The notes under the pieces: model-generated
Told to the model about the DNA's origin: nothing
Seen by the model: the letters and a program-made list of their open reading frames with translations, nothing else
The model's database searches: none
In this document: piece by piece, positions 55,428 to 64,000 of the stretch
How the letters are laid out: each line of letters starts with the position of its first letter
Numbering within the stretch: position 1 is the first letter of the stretch
DNA from: Myxococcota bacterium
Lineage (GTDB): Bacteria; Myxococcota_A; Polyangia; Polyangiales; Houyiibacteriaceae
DNA: 64,000 bases
Assembly (NCBI GenBank): GCA_020629955.1
Contig: JAHDCI010000005.1
Location: 686 to 64,685 of the forward strand
Direction of reading: 5' to 3'
Translations under genes and position numbers: made by a program

Positions 55428-56489
55428 CTACCTTTGAGAGCGTTTTCGCCAGAAATCGATGCGTCGTTTTGCGAACACACAAGCGATGGACAGCCCCATG
55501 AGCGGCACTAGCCAGAGGGTCGCCATCCTCATGTCGAGCGAGCGATAAATGGAGCGGCCGAACGCCCCATAGCAAAACGGGATGTGCACCACGTAGGTCA
55601 CAAGACTTCCTTGCCCGATCCAAATCAGGATCTGGCGAGCACGTTCGTTGAGCATCGGGGCGAGCAACGCCCCGAGACAAAGGAGCGCGACCGCCCTCCC
55701 TCCAAGGTCGAGCAGATTGAGCCAAACGCTCGGGTGTCGGCGCGACAGAGGAAGCTCAAAGAAGGCGATCGAAGAAGATGCCCCCCACGCAAGCGCAGCG
55801 CTTCCCAGAAGGAGCAAGAGCAAGAGACGCGGAGGGGCGCCGGCGACCTTCGCAAAGGGCTCTTCGGCTTCGCGCCGAAATAGCCAGAGCGAGAGCGCGA
55901 GGCCGAGCAGCAGCCACGCGCCGATCGGCACGAGTGGCATCCGCGTATAGGGCGCCGCATCGACGAAGGGAGCCGCGAACGGCCGTAGCCATTCCGAGAA
56001 AGCAAGGTCCGAAACCCACGGACAGAGAAGAGCGAGCGCGAGCGCGAGCGCGAGGGAGCGCGGGATGGCGCGCGAGAGAGAGCCCGCTGGCGGGATCGCG
56101 ACGCTCGCGAGCATCAAGCTCCATCCGATGACATGAAGGACGTCCGAGCGAAACAAGGTCTCTGGACCCTCAGAACCATCGATCAGCGCAAAGGCGAAGT
56201 TCACCGCGTAACCGACGCCAACCAGCCAAAGTCCCCGTTTTGCAAGCGCCGCCCGAAGCGCGTTACGCGACTCACCTTTCCGGTCGGCTGCCTTCGAACG
56301 AAGTGCGACGGCCGCTCCTGCAAGCAGAAGAAAGGAAGGGAGCGGGAAGGTACCGAGAAAGCGCGTGAACGCATAGGAACTCTCTCGATGCTCCGGAGCA
56401 ACCCACGCATGGTAGGCGTGCCCCTGAATCATGATCAGGCTCGCGAGCGCCCGTGCCACATCGACACCGGCGATGCGTTCCGATTTCAC
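55428..56489 (-). CDS. HGSNAT-like (DUF1624) membrane acyltransferase
   Basis: RIAGVDVARALASLIMIQGH, DVLHVIG, GQGSLVTYVVH; multi-TM. Confidence 0.75.
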   Translation of the reverse strand: MKSERIAGVDVARALASLIMIQGHAYHAWVAPEHRESSYAFTRFLGTFPLPSFLLLAGAAVALRSKAADRKGESRNALRAALAKRGLWLVGVGYAVNFAFALIDGSEGPETLFRSDVLHVIGWSLMLASVAIPPAGSLSRAIPRSLALALALALLCPWVSDLAFSEWLRPFAAPFVDAAPYTRMPLVPIGAWLLLGLALSLWLFRREAEEPFAKVAGAPPRLLLLLLLGSAALAWGASSSIAFFELPLSRRHPSVWLNLLDLGGRAVALLCLGALLAPMLNERARQILIWIGQGSLVTYVVHIPFCYGAFGRSIYRSLDMRMATLWLVPLMGLSIACVFAKRRIDFWRKRSQR

Positions 56490-56496
56490 GTCACCC

Positions 56497-58098
56497 TTAG
56501 AACGTTTCGGGTTCGGGCTCCGCTGCGTCCTCTTCGAGGAACATCCACTTGGTCAGCAAGGGAGCGAGCACCAGACAAAGCACAGCGGCGCCACACGCGA
56601 TCCAGCCAAGTTGTTCGAAAACGGTCGTGTAGTTCGCGAGCCCGTCGTACGAGCGCAACATGGCCTCACTCATTTCGGCGCCTTCGGGGACAAGTCCGCT
56701 CGCACGCGCGAGCGCTCCGGGGACAGCATCTTCTGCGGGTGGCGACATCAGAAGCGAGATGATCCCGCCGAGGTGATGCGCCATCGCCGACGAGAGGAAC
56801 CAAGCCCCCATGACCATTGCAGCGATCTTCTTGGGGGAGAGCTTGGTCACGAGCGAGAGACCAATCGGCGAGAGACAGAGTTCACCCATCGTGTGAAGTA
56901 GATAGCCAAACACAAGGAACATCATCGGCACCACGGCCGCGGCGCGTGTGACAAGCTCTCCCTCTTCGCGGAAGGTCACTTCACCCGCTTCCACCGAACC
57001 GCTCGACCAGCCAAGAATCAAGAAACCGATTCCGAGAAGCGCGATACCCATCGCGAATTTGTAGGGCGCAGGCGGCTCGAGTCCGCGGCGAGCAAGCGAG
57101 GCCCACACGCCCACAAAGAGAGGCGCGAGCACCAAGATAAAGATGGGGTTCACCGACTGGAAGATGGACGTCGGAACCGACATATCGCCGAGAGTCCGGT
57201 CGACGTTCGACTTCGTGAACAAGCTGATCGAAGAGCCCGCTTGCTCGAAGAACGCCCAGAAGAGCGTCGTGAACGCGAGCAGAATGAGAACGACTGCAAG
57301 ACGCTTCCCTTCTTTGCCACCAGCCCGAACGGCGTAGGTCACGATGACGCCAATAACGAGGAGCGCGAAGGGCGTGAGCACGTAGCTCATCACCTCGAAG
57401 TAGCGAATTAGAAGCGCAAAGACGGCGACCGAAAGAAAACCGGCAATGTAGGTCGGCGCGCCCCACTTCTTAAGAACCCCTTCGTCAGGGGCTTCCCCGT
57501 TGTCGCCGAGGAGCGGGTGCCACTTCCAGAAGACTGCGAGGCCCAGCAACATCCCGATTCCCGCGATTGAGAATCCCCAAAACCAATCGTAGGTCTCCCC
57601 GATATAGCCGCAGATCAGCGGCGCGGCGCCGGCACCAAGGTTGATGCCCATGTAGAAAATCGTGAAGCCGCTATCGCGCCGCGGATCTTCGCGGGACTCA
57701 TAAAGCCCGCCGACCATCGACGAGATGTTGGGCTTAAAGAAGCCGTTTCCGGCGATCAGGAAGGCCAGCGCGACGTAGAGCATGAACTCCGTTTCGATCG
57801 CCATCACGAAGTGGCCGATCGCCATGAGCAGGCCACCGAGAAGTACCGACCGTTTGTAACCGAGAATCCGGTCCGCAACGATGCCGCCGATAAATGGAGT
57901 CGCGTAGACCAAAGCGCCGTACGCCGCGTAGATCCCCTTGCCGATGCGGTCCGCTTCAGCGGCGCCTTCCGCCGCAAATAGCTGATCGGTCAAATAGAGC
58001 AGGAGCAGTGCCCGCATCCCGTAGAACGAAAAGCGCTCCCACATCTCTGCGAAAAAGAGCATGTAAAGAGAGCGGGGTTGCTTCATCTGGGTCGTCAT
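56497..58098 (-). CDS. Proton-dependent oligopeptide (POT) MFS transporter
   Basis: EMWERFSFYGMR, GNGFFKPN, FYMGINLG, FQSVNP, GELCLSPIGLS. Confidence 0.93.
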   Translation of the reverse strand: MTTQMKQPRSLYMLFFAEMWERFSFYGMRALLLLYLTDQLFAAEGAAEADRIGKGIYAAYGALVYATPFIGGIVADRILGYKRSVLLGGLLMAIGHFVMAIETEFMLYVALAFLIAGNGFFKPNISSMVGGLYESREDPRRDSGFTIFYMGINLGAGAAPLICGYIGETYDWFWGFSIAGIGMLLGLAVFWKWHPLLGDNGEAPDEGVLKKWGAPTYIAGFLSVAVFALLIRYFEVMSYVLTPFALLVIGVIVTYAVRAGGKEGKRLAVVLILLAFTTLFWAFFEQAGSSISLFTKSNVDRTLGDMSVPTSIFQSVNPIFILVLAPLFVGVWASLARRGLEPPAPYKFAMGIALLGIGFLILGWSSGSVEAGEVTFREEGELVTRAAAVVPMMFLVFGYLLHTMGELCLSPIGLSLVTKLSPKKIAAMVMGAWFLSSAMAHHLGGIISLLMSPPAEDAVPGALARASGLVPEGAEMSEAMLRSYDGLANYTTVFEQLGWIACGAAVLCLVLAPLLTKWMFLEEDAAEPEPETF

Positions 58099-58355
58099 CT
58101 TGGTTCCTCGAGGCGTGACCGTTGGCGAGCGAAAGGCGCTTGTCAATCAACGTCCTCTCTGAAGCCCCTTCGCTTTTCGGAACGTTGGATCGCGCGATAC
58201 CGCCTTGATGCGTGAGATCGGTCCTCTCTCTTCGAGGAAAGGGCCTTCAAATTCCGACAACTTCAACCGTATTGGAATTGGTCCGCTCGCTGCGCTCGAC
58301 GGCCGGCGGCGTTCCGAGTAAGATGCTTGTTCATAACTCGTTAGGAGATTGTGTG

Positions 58356-60161
58356 ATGAAGACAATTCGCTTTTCTTGGGCGCTTAGCGCGCTCGTGATG
58401 AGCCTGGCAGCTGGTTGCCCAGGCACTGTTGAACCCCCTCTGCCCGGAACCGCTGAACTCGACATCGTGGGAAGCTCCTCGGTTCGAATTCCCGCTTCGG
58501 GAATGGCCGAGTTGCGCGTGTTCTACCACGAGGTCGGCGAGATCATGACGCCCATCCCGGACTCGGATATCGAGTGGACCATCGAAGGAACCACCGATGC
58601 CACGCTTTCCGTAGAAGAGAGCACCACCGATGAGAACGGTGAGGCAACCAACACGATTCGTGCGGGTGGCGAAAGCTCCTTCCGCGTCGTTGCGACCCCG
58701 GTCGAGGGTGACCCGGTCAGCTTCAGCGTGACCGTCGAGGATTTCGAAGCCGGCTCGCTCGTGATCGACCTTGAATACTCTGGAGACCGCGCCATTACTC
58801 CGGTCGCCGTCTCGCTTCACCGCGATCTCCGCTGCGAGACCATCGACCCCTTCGCGCCGCTTCCAACGGCCGTCCAGATGACCACCGTCGCAGACCCGAA
58901 CGGTTCGACCGCGTTCGCGAACATCGAGACCTTCGATCGTTACGCCGTCATCGCGATCGGCCAGCTTCGTGGCGAAGTCGGTGCGCTCGGTTGCGTGGAC
59001 CGCGTAAGTGTCGACGCAGGCCGTGAGACCTCCGAGACGGTCACGCTGATGGACGTCAGCATGGAGCCACGCGTCGAAGGTGTCTACGAACTCCAAAATG
59101 AGATCGACTTCAGCGGTTCCCTCCCGCCGTCGATCGACCTCGCCGTGGGTCTCCTCGACGAGATCACGGACGACAACGACGTGCTCGGAAACCCGGAGAC
59201 CGAGGACTTCGGTCAGGACCCCGCTGCCTTCCTACTCGACTTCGCGATGCGCCAGACCTGCCGCTACGACTGCGAGGACGGTGAGTCCTTCTCGGATTGC
59301 AGCCAGCTCAACCATGACTTCGGTGATATCCGAACGCTCTATCTCGAGAACCTCGGAAGCTACGGCCCCGCCGAATCCCGCTTCACCGGTGGCTGCACGG
59401 CTTGGGAATACGCTGCAGAAACGGCCCAGAACTACGTCAACGGCCTCATCGAGGATTTCGTCCCGGGCTTCGTGCTCGCCTTCACGAACTCGGTCGGCGA
59501 CCTGGCGCGCACGATTCAGAACGCCGAGATCATCTCGCGCATGACGATCGGCGCCAATACGGAGCTCGGTGCGCCGATGCAGCATGAGCTTCAGACCATG
59601 ATCGCGCGCATTCGAAACCTTGATGGAGAGCCACAGGTCATCGAGATCGACCTCCGCGAGGCCGGCTTCCGCCGCCGCACCACGGACGCGACGGTCACGA
59701 TCACCGAAGAAGGTCTCGTGATGATCCCGGAGCACTCGTTCACGCTCAGCTACGGGGAACTCATTCAGTACCTCTACCTGAACGCCCTTCTTCCGGCGCT
59801 TGGCTACGACAGCACGGCCGAGCTTCTCGGGTCGCTTGTGAACTGCGACTCGGTCGCAACTTGGGTCGCCGACAACGTCTCCGCGCTGCCCATCACGGAG
59901 GACCAGGTCCGCACAGCTTGCAACGCAGGTCTTGGCGTCGCTTCCGCGCAGATCGACACCCGCCTCGGCAGCCTTGTGACCTCCGCCGAAGGCACCATCA
60001 CCCTTATGGGAAGCGCTGTGGGAGCCGACTACGACACCGCCATGATCGCGCAGTCTCTCGAGGACGGCATGTGGATGGGCATGTGGGGCGAAGGCGAAGA
60101 TTCCGGCGCCATCACCGGTGAGTTCACCGGAGAGCGTACGGGCGACGCGCCTTCTCGCTGA
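58356..60161 (+). CDS. Lipoprotein with Ig-like N-terminal domain
   Basis: AGGAG RBS, LAAGC lipobox, TTDENGEA Big-like motif. Confidence 0.75.
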   Translation: MKTIRFSWALSALVMSLAAGCPGTVEPPLPGTAELDIVGSSSVRIPASGMAELRVFYHEVGEIMTPIPDSDIEWTIEGTTDATLSVEESTTDENGEATNTIRAGGESSFRVVATPVEGDPVSFSVTVEDFEAGSLVIDLEYSGDRAITPVAVSLHRDLRCETIDPFAPLPTAVQMTTVADPNGSTAFANIETFDRYAVIAIGQLRGEVGALGCVDRVSVDAGRETSETVTLMDVSMEPRVEGVYELQNEIDFSGSLPPSIDLAVGLLDEITDDNDVLGNPETEDFGQDPAAFLLDFAMRQTCRYDCEDGESFSDCSQLNHDFGDIRTLYLENLGSYGPAESRFTGGCTAWEYAAETAQNYVNGLIEDFVPGFVLAFTNSVGDLARTIQNAEIISRMTIGANTELGAPMQHELQTMIARIRNLDGEPQVIEIDLREAGFRRRTTDATVTITEEGLVMIPEHSFTLSYGELIQYLYLNALLPALGYDSTAELLGSLVNCDSVATWVADNVSALPITEDQVRTACNAGLGVASAQIDTRLGSLVTSAEGTITLMGSAVGADYDTAMIAQSLEDGMWMGMWGEGEDSGAITGEFTGERTGDAPSR

Positions 60162-60175
60162 ATCTCGGCAGAGTA

Positions 60176-60210
60176 GAAAAAGGGCGTCCCTCGGGGCGCC
60201 TTTTTTCTTC
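60176..60210 (+). terminator. Rho-independent terminator
   Basis: AAAAAGGGCGTCCC-TC-GGGGCGCCTTTTTT. Confidence 0.75.
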
Positions 60211-60285
60211 CGTCGCGAATGTGGCGGAGCTGTGAACTTCTTCCTCACACTTTGCTTTTCGACGACAGGGCAGTATTGGATAGCC

Positions 60286-61458
60286 GTGAGCGAATCATCC
60301 CGAGAGTTCGATATCGTCGTATGGGGAGCGACCGGCTTTACCGGTGGGCTTGTTGCCCATTACCTCGATAGCGTTGCCCCCAAAAATCTACGCTGGGCGA
60401 TCGCTGGCAGAAACGAAGCCAAGCTGGACGCCCGATTGGCCGAACTCTCCAAACCCGTGCCGAAGATCCTCGCGGACGCAGGAGATCCCGAATCGCTCCA
60501 CGAAATGAGCCGAAGGACTCGAGTCCTCCTCACCACCGTCGGACCGTATGCGAAATACGGAATGCCGCTGGTCGAAAGCTGCATCGCGACGAGCACCGAC
60601 TATGTCGACATCACCGGAGAACCGGATTTTGTCGCCGAGACGTTAAAGCATCACGAGGCTGCAAAGGCCGCGGGCGTGCGCATCGTCTCATGCTGCGGCT
60701 TCGACTCGATCCCGCACGACCTCGGCGCTTGGTGCGCGGTCAGCGCTCTGCCCGGCCGGGCGCCCATTCGACTCGAAGGTTTCGTCCGCGCCAAAGGCAC
60801 GATCTCCGGAGGGACCTGGCAGTCCTTCATCGGCGCTGTCTCGGACCTGAAAGGCACCCAGGCGAAAGCACGCTCCGCGCCAAAACAGAAACTCGACGGA
60901 CGCAAGGTCCGCTCTCTTCCGCCGAGGCCGCGTTACGAAACTCGTCTGCAGAGCTGGGTCGTCCCTTTTCCAACCATCGACCCGGAAATCGTCAAGCGCT
61001 CCGCACGCTCCCTCGATGTGTACGGACCGGATTTCCAATACGGTCACTATCTAAGCCTGAAGCGCTTCTCGACTCTGGCGAAAGGCGCTGCGGGTCTGGC
61101 CGGCATCACTGCCCTCGCGCAGCTGCCGCCCGGCAAAGACTATCTCGAAAAGCGCATCCTTTCCGGAGATGGTCCGGACGCGTCGACGCGAGCGAAGAGC
61201 TGGTTTCACGTCGCGATGCTCGGGCGCTCCGGAGGAGACCGAGTCCGCGTCGATGTCCGAGGTGGTGACCCAGGCTACTCGGAGACTTCCAAGATGGTCG
61301 CCGAGACCGCGCTCTGTCTCGCCTTTGATCTTCCGCGCGAAGAAGCGACCCAGCTCGGCGTCATCACCACCGCGACCGCGTGCGCCGAGCCTCTCGTGGC
61401 CCGACTCCGCAAGGCGGGCATTCGCTTCGACGTCAGCCAACCGACTCGCGCCCGCTAA
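60286..61458 (+). CDS. Saccharopine dehydrogenase-like oxidoreductase
   Basis: GATGFTG, AGRN, VGPY, YVDITGE, CGFDSIPHD, GDPGYSETS. Confidence 0.88.
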   Translation: MSESSREFDIVVWGATGFTGGLVAHYLDSVAPKNLRWAIAGRNEAKLDARLAELSKPVPKILADAGDPESLHEMSRRTRVLLTTVGPYAKYGMPLVESCIATSTDYVDITGEPDFVAETLKHHEAAKAAGVRIVSCCGFDSIPHDLGAWCAVSALPGRAPIRLEGFVRAKGTISGGTWQSFIGAVSDLKGTQAKARSAPKQKLDGRKVRSLPPRPRYETRLQSWVVPFPTIDPEIVKRSARSLDVYGPDFQYGHYLSLKRFSTLAKGAAGLAGITALAQLPPGKDYLEKRILSGDGPDASTRAKSWFHVAMLGRSGGDRVRVDVRGGDPGYSETSKMVAETALCLAFDLPREEATQLGVITTATACAEPLVARLRKAGIRFDVSQPTRAR

Positions 61459-61463
61459 GCGTT

Positions 61464-62537
61464 ATGTACCTCCTGCGCCCTGCCCTTTTCGCCCTCTCTG
61501 CCGAGACCGCACACGAACTCTCGTTAAAAGCCCTGTCGGCGGACCGACGCGGCGACTGGTTCCGGGCTGGCTGGAGCGCGTCGAAACGGCTCCGCCAAGA
61601 CATCGCCGGGGTCACCTTTGACCATCCGCTCGGCATGGCGGCCGGCTTCGACAAAGACGCCCGCTGTTACCCGGCGCTTATGAGCATGGGCTTTTCCTCG
61701 GTCGAAATCGGCACCGTCACCGGTCACGCGCAAGCTGGCAATCCAAAGCCACGTCTCTTTCGGCTCAAGCAAGATCGCGCGATCCTAAACCGTATGGGCT
61801 TTAACAATCGGGGCGCCGAGGACGCTGCGAAGCGGCTCCAAAAGACGCGTCACCTCTCGAAAAGCGGTGTTCTTGGGGTCAACATTGGCAAATCCAAAGT
61901 CGTCGCCAACGAAGAAGCGGAAGCCGACTACGCGTACTCGGCACGTTTGCTTGCGCCCTACGCGGACTATCTTGTCCTGAACGTCTCGTCGCCGAACACC
62001 CCCGGGCTGCGCGCTTTGCAGGCCGTTGATCGCCTGCGCTCGATCATCAATGCCGTGCGCAGCGCCGCGGAGCCGGTCCGCGACACCCCGGTTCCACTTT
62101 TTGTCAAAATCGCACCGGATCTCGAGAACGCAGATATCGACGAAATCGCAAAGATGGCACGCGAGGAAAACCTTGCGGGTCTCATCGCGACGAACACAAC
62201 AATTCGTCGAGAAGGTCTCAAGACGAACGCCGATATCGTGGAGAGCCTTGGCAACGGCGGCCTCAGCGGCCCAATGCTCCGCGAACGTTCGCTGGAGATT
62301 CTCAAACGGCTCCGCTCGCAGCTTCGCGACAGCCAACACCTGATTTCAGTGGGCGGACTATCGAGCCCAGCAGACGCATTCGAACGCATCCTCGCCGGCG
62401 CGTCTCTACTGCAGCTCTACACCGCGTTTGTCTATGAAGGACCGGAGCTGATCCAACGAATTGTCGAAGGCATCGACGAGGCACTTGAAACCTCCCCCTA
62501 CACCACCCTCAAAGCCGCGGTCGGAGCGAAGGCTTAG
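61464..62537 (+). CDS. pyrD: Quinone-dependent dihydroorotate dehydrogenase
   Basis: AAGFDK, GNPKPRLFR, NRMGFNN, NVSSPNTPGLR, VKIAPD, GGLSG. Confidence 0.95.
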   Translation: MYLLRPALFALSAETAHELSLKALSADRRGDWFRAGWSASKRLRQDIAGVTFDHPLGMAAGFDKDARCYPALMSMGFSSVEIGTVTGHAQAGNPKPRLFRLKQDRAILNRMGFNNRGAEDAAKRLQKTRHLSKSGVLGVNIGKSKVVANEEAEADYAYSARLLAPYADYLVLNVSSPNTPGLRALQAVDRLRSIINAVRSAAEPVRDTPVPLFVKIAPDLENADIDEIAKMAREENLAGLIATNTTIRREGLKTNADIVESLGNGGLSGPMLRERSLEILKRLRSQLRDSQHLISVGGLSSPADAFERILAGASLLQLYTAFVYEGPELIQRIVEGIDEALETSPYTTLKAAVGAKA

Positions 62538-62544
62538 CGCAATT

Positions 62545-62997
62545 CTATTCGCGACCTTCGAAAAACGCATAGTCATCGAACTCGCCAAGAGCCCCCGCGA
62601 ACCATCCGCGCGATACCCAGCCCGCGGACGTAAACTCGAGCTCGGTATACTCGCCATCGATCGTTCGTTCGTGAGCGAGAAGTTTCGGAGCGAGACGATT
62701 GTCCCCAGCGTAGAGGAAAAGAAAGGCACGGAGCATTCGCGGAGCGTTTGGAAGAAGCGTCACTCCCATGGTGCCGCGCAGCTTTAGTGCCAGCGGCCCG
62801 TGACCAAGCTCTCCGGAGAGCTCCACATGAAAGCATCCGTCCCGTAGGTCGTCCGCATCGGGTGCGAAGAGCTCGCCGTGTAGGCCAGCCTCAATAGAAA
62901 GACTGAGGCTGGCCACTGCGTCGGATGCGAGATGCTCAAGCTCATGAACCTCGAAGGGACCTTCGCGATTCACCCATTCCTTAAGGGCTGCGCTCAT
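62545..62997 (-). CDS. Hypothetical protein
   Basis: ATG overlaps the TGA of the upstream ORF (ATGA). Confidence 0.55.
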   Translation of the reverse strand: MSAALKEWVNREGPFEVHELEHLASDAVASLSLSIEAGLHGELFAPDADDLRDGCFHVELSGELGHGPLALKLRGTMGVTLLPNAPRMLRAFLFLYAGDNRLAPKLLAHERTIDGEYTELEFTSAGWVSRGWFAGALGEFDDYAFFEGRE

Positions 62998-63263
62998 CCA
63001 TCTATCCGTTGGCTGTCGACGTGGGTCCAATCGAACAATGTGGACGTTGCGAACTCGAGTGACTCAATGCGCCAGAGGATTCCTCTACGAAATGAGGGCG
63101 AGAAATCGCCAAGCCGGCGAGGCGACCTCGGAATCGCTTCGCATCGATAGACAGACCAGTCGTGATCCCCGTCGTAAGCATGGGTCCCGCGCACTGCACA
63201 CTCTTCCCAGGTGTTGATACCCAGAAATCGAACCCAAGCCCCTGCATCCAAATCATGATGCAA
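62994..63263 (-). CDS. Small hypothetical protein or gene fragment
   Basis: 89-aa Trp-rich ORF coupled to the next gene. Confidence 0.4.
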   Translation of the reverse strand: MHHDLDAGAWVRFLGINTWEECAVRGTHAYDGDHDWSVYRCEAIPRSPRRLGDFSPSFRRGILWRIESLEFATSTLFDWTHVDSQRIDG

Positions 63264-63353
63264 GAAAACTAACCACTGCTTTCAGGTGAGCGATTCAAAT
63301 CTGTATCCGCGTGATGGGTTGCTCTTCGGAGCGCGGCGCCAGATTCTCTGCGT

Positions 63354-64000
63354 ATGACCACGAACGGGCACGAACTTCAACACTTCGCAAAAGGTGTACA
63401 CTTCGCTTCGGCGAAGCAACGATTCTACGGCCTTGAGGTCGGGACCAAGATGAGCGTCTTCGAGCTCGATGATGGGCTTCTTCTCCATTCTCCGGTCGCA
63501 ATCACCGCGGGGTCGCTGGAGTCGCTCGGCAATATTCGATACGCACTCGCGCCCAACCTGCTGCATCACCTGTATCTCGATACGGCGATCCGTGCGGGCG
63601 CTGAAGCTTGGGGCGCGCCCGGGCTAAAGGCGAAACGACGTGACCTGGAATTCGCGGGGGAAATCGACGCCCCCTGCGAACCCTTTGGACGGGATATCTT
63701 TCTTTATCCGATTCGCTCGCTGCCCATGACCAACGAGGTCGTGTTGCTGCACCGACCAAGTCGCACACTTGTTGTCACCGATCTCGTATTTCACTTCACT
63801 CCGTCCGCGCCCCCGATGACCCGTGCTGCGATGCGATTGCTGGGTGGATATCCTGGCTGCAAGACCACGGCGCTCGAACGATTCCAGATGAAGCGAGCAA
63901 GGGCGCGAATCGAAATCGAAGAGATTCTTAGCCTCGATTTCGATCGCCTCATCATGGCCCATGGGGAGCCGATCGAGCGCGGCGGCAAAGACGCGCTTCG
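63354..64000 (+). CDS. DUF4336 (metallo-beta-lactamase-like) protein, truncated by the window end
   Basis: My own translation (absent from the ORF track): LLLHSPV...LAPNLLHHLY...NEVVLLHRPSRTLVVTDLVF...FDRLIMAHG. Confidence 0.8.
   Translation, partial: MTTNGHELQHFAKGVHFASAKQRFYGLEVGTKMSVFELDDGLLLHSPVAITAGSLESLGNIRYALAPNLLHHLYLDTAIRAGAEAWGAPGLKAKRRDLEFAGEIDAPCEPFGRDIFLYPIRSLPMTNEVVLLHRPSRTLVVTDLVFHFTPSAPPMTRAAMRLLGGYPGCKTTALERFQMKRARARIEIEEILSLDFDRLIMAHGEPIERGGKDAL

Overview
GC-rich bacterial chromosomal segment, most likely from a myxobacterium (Myxococcota). The evidence is a MYXO-CTERM-like surface protein, a Ser/Thr kinase fused to a sigma-54 activator, and many lipoproteins. Most of the window is housekeeping or accessory metabolism: zapA-ygfA, leucine dehydrogenase, a dsbD-like redox operon, TetR-P450, a classical menaquinone cluster with a menC-menE fusion, mrp/apbC, udk, trpE, a POT transporter and pyrD. 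Non-coding features read directly from the sequence are a 3'-only tRNA-Leu(CAG) remnant at the left edge (likely an island att site), three kinds of TA/CTAG-bounded miniature inverted-repeat elements (one present twice) with no transposase in the window, a short degenerate direct-repeat cluster, and a perfect palindrome at the men operon start. The two best candidates for poorly described systems are (i) a phage-free module of tail-collar protein, GNAT, FG-GAP surface protein and Tat NHL lipoprotein (25.5-30.8 kb), and (ii) a DUF2271-like, CFI-box-anchored surface protein with two variant flavinylation-like motifs, coupled to a DUF4266 peptide (45.1-47.2 kb). All family calls come from motif recognition by eye; no searches were run.
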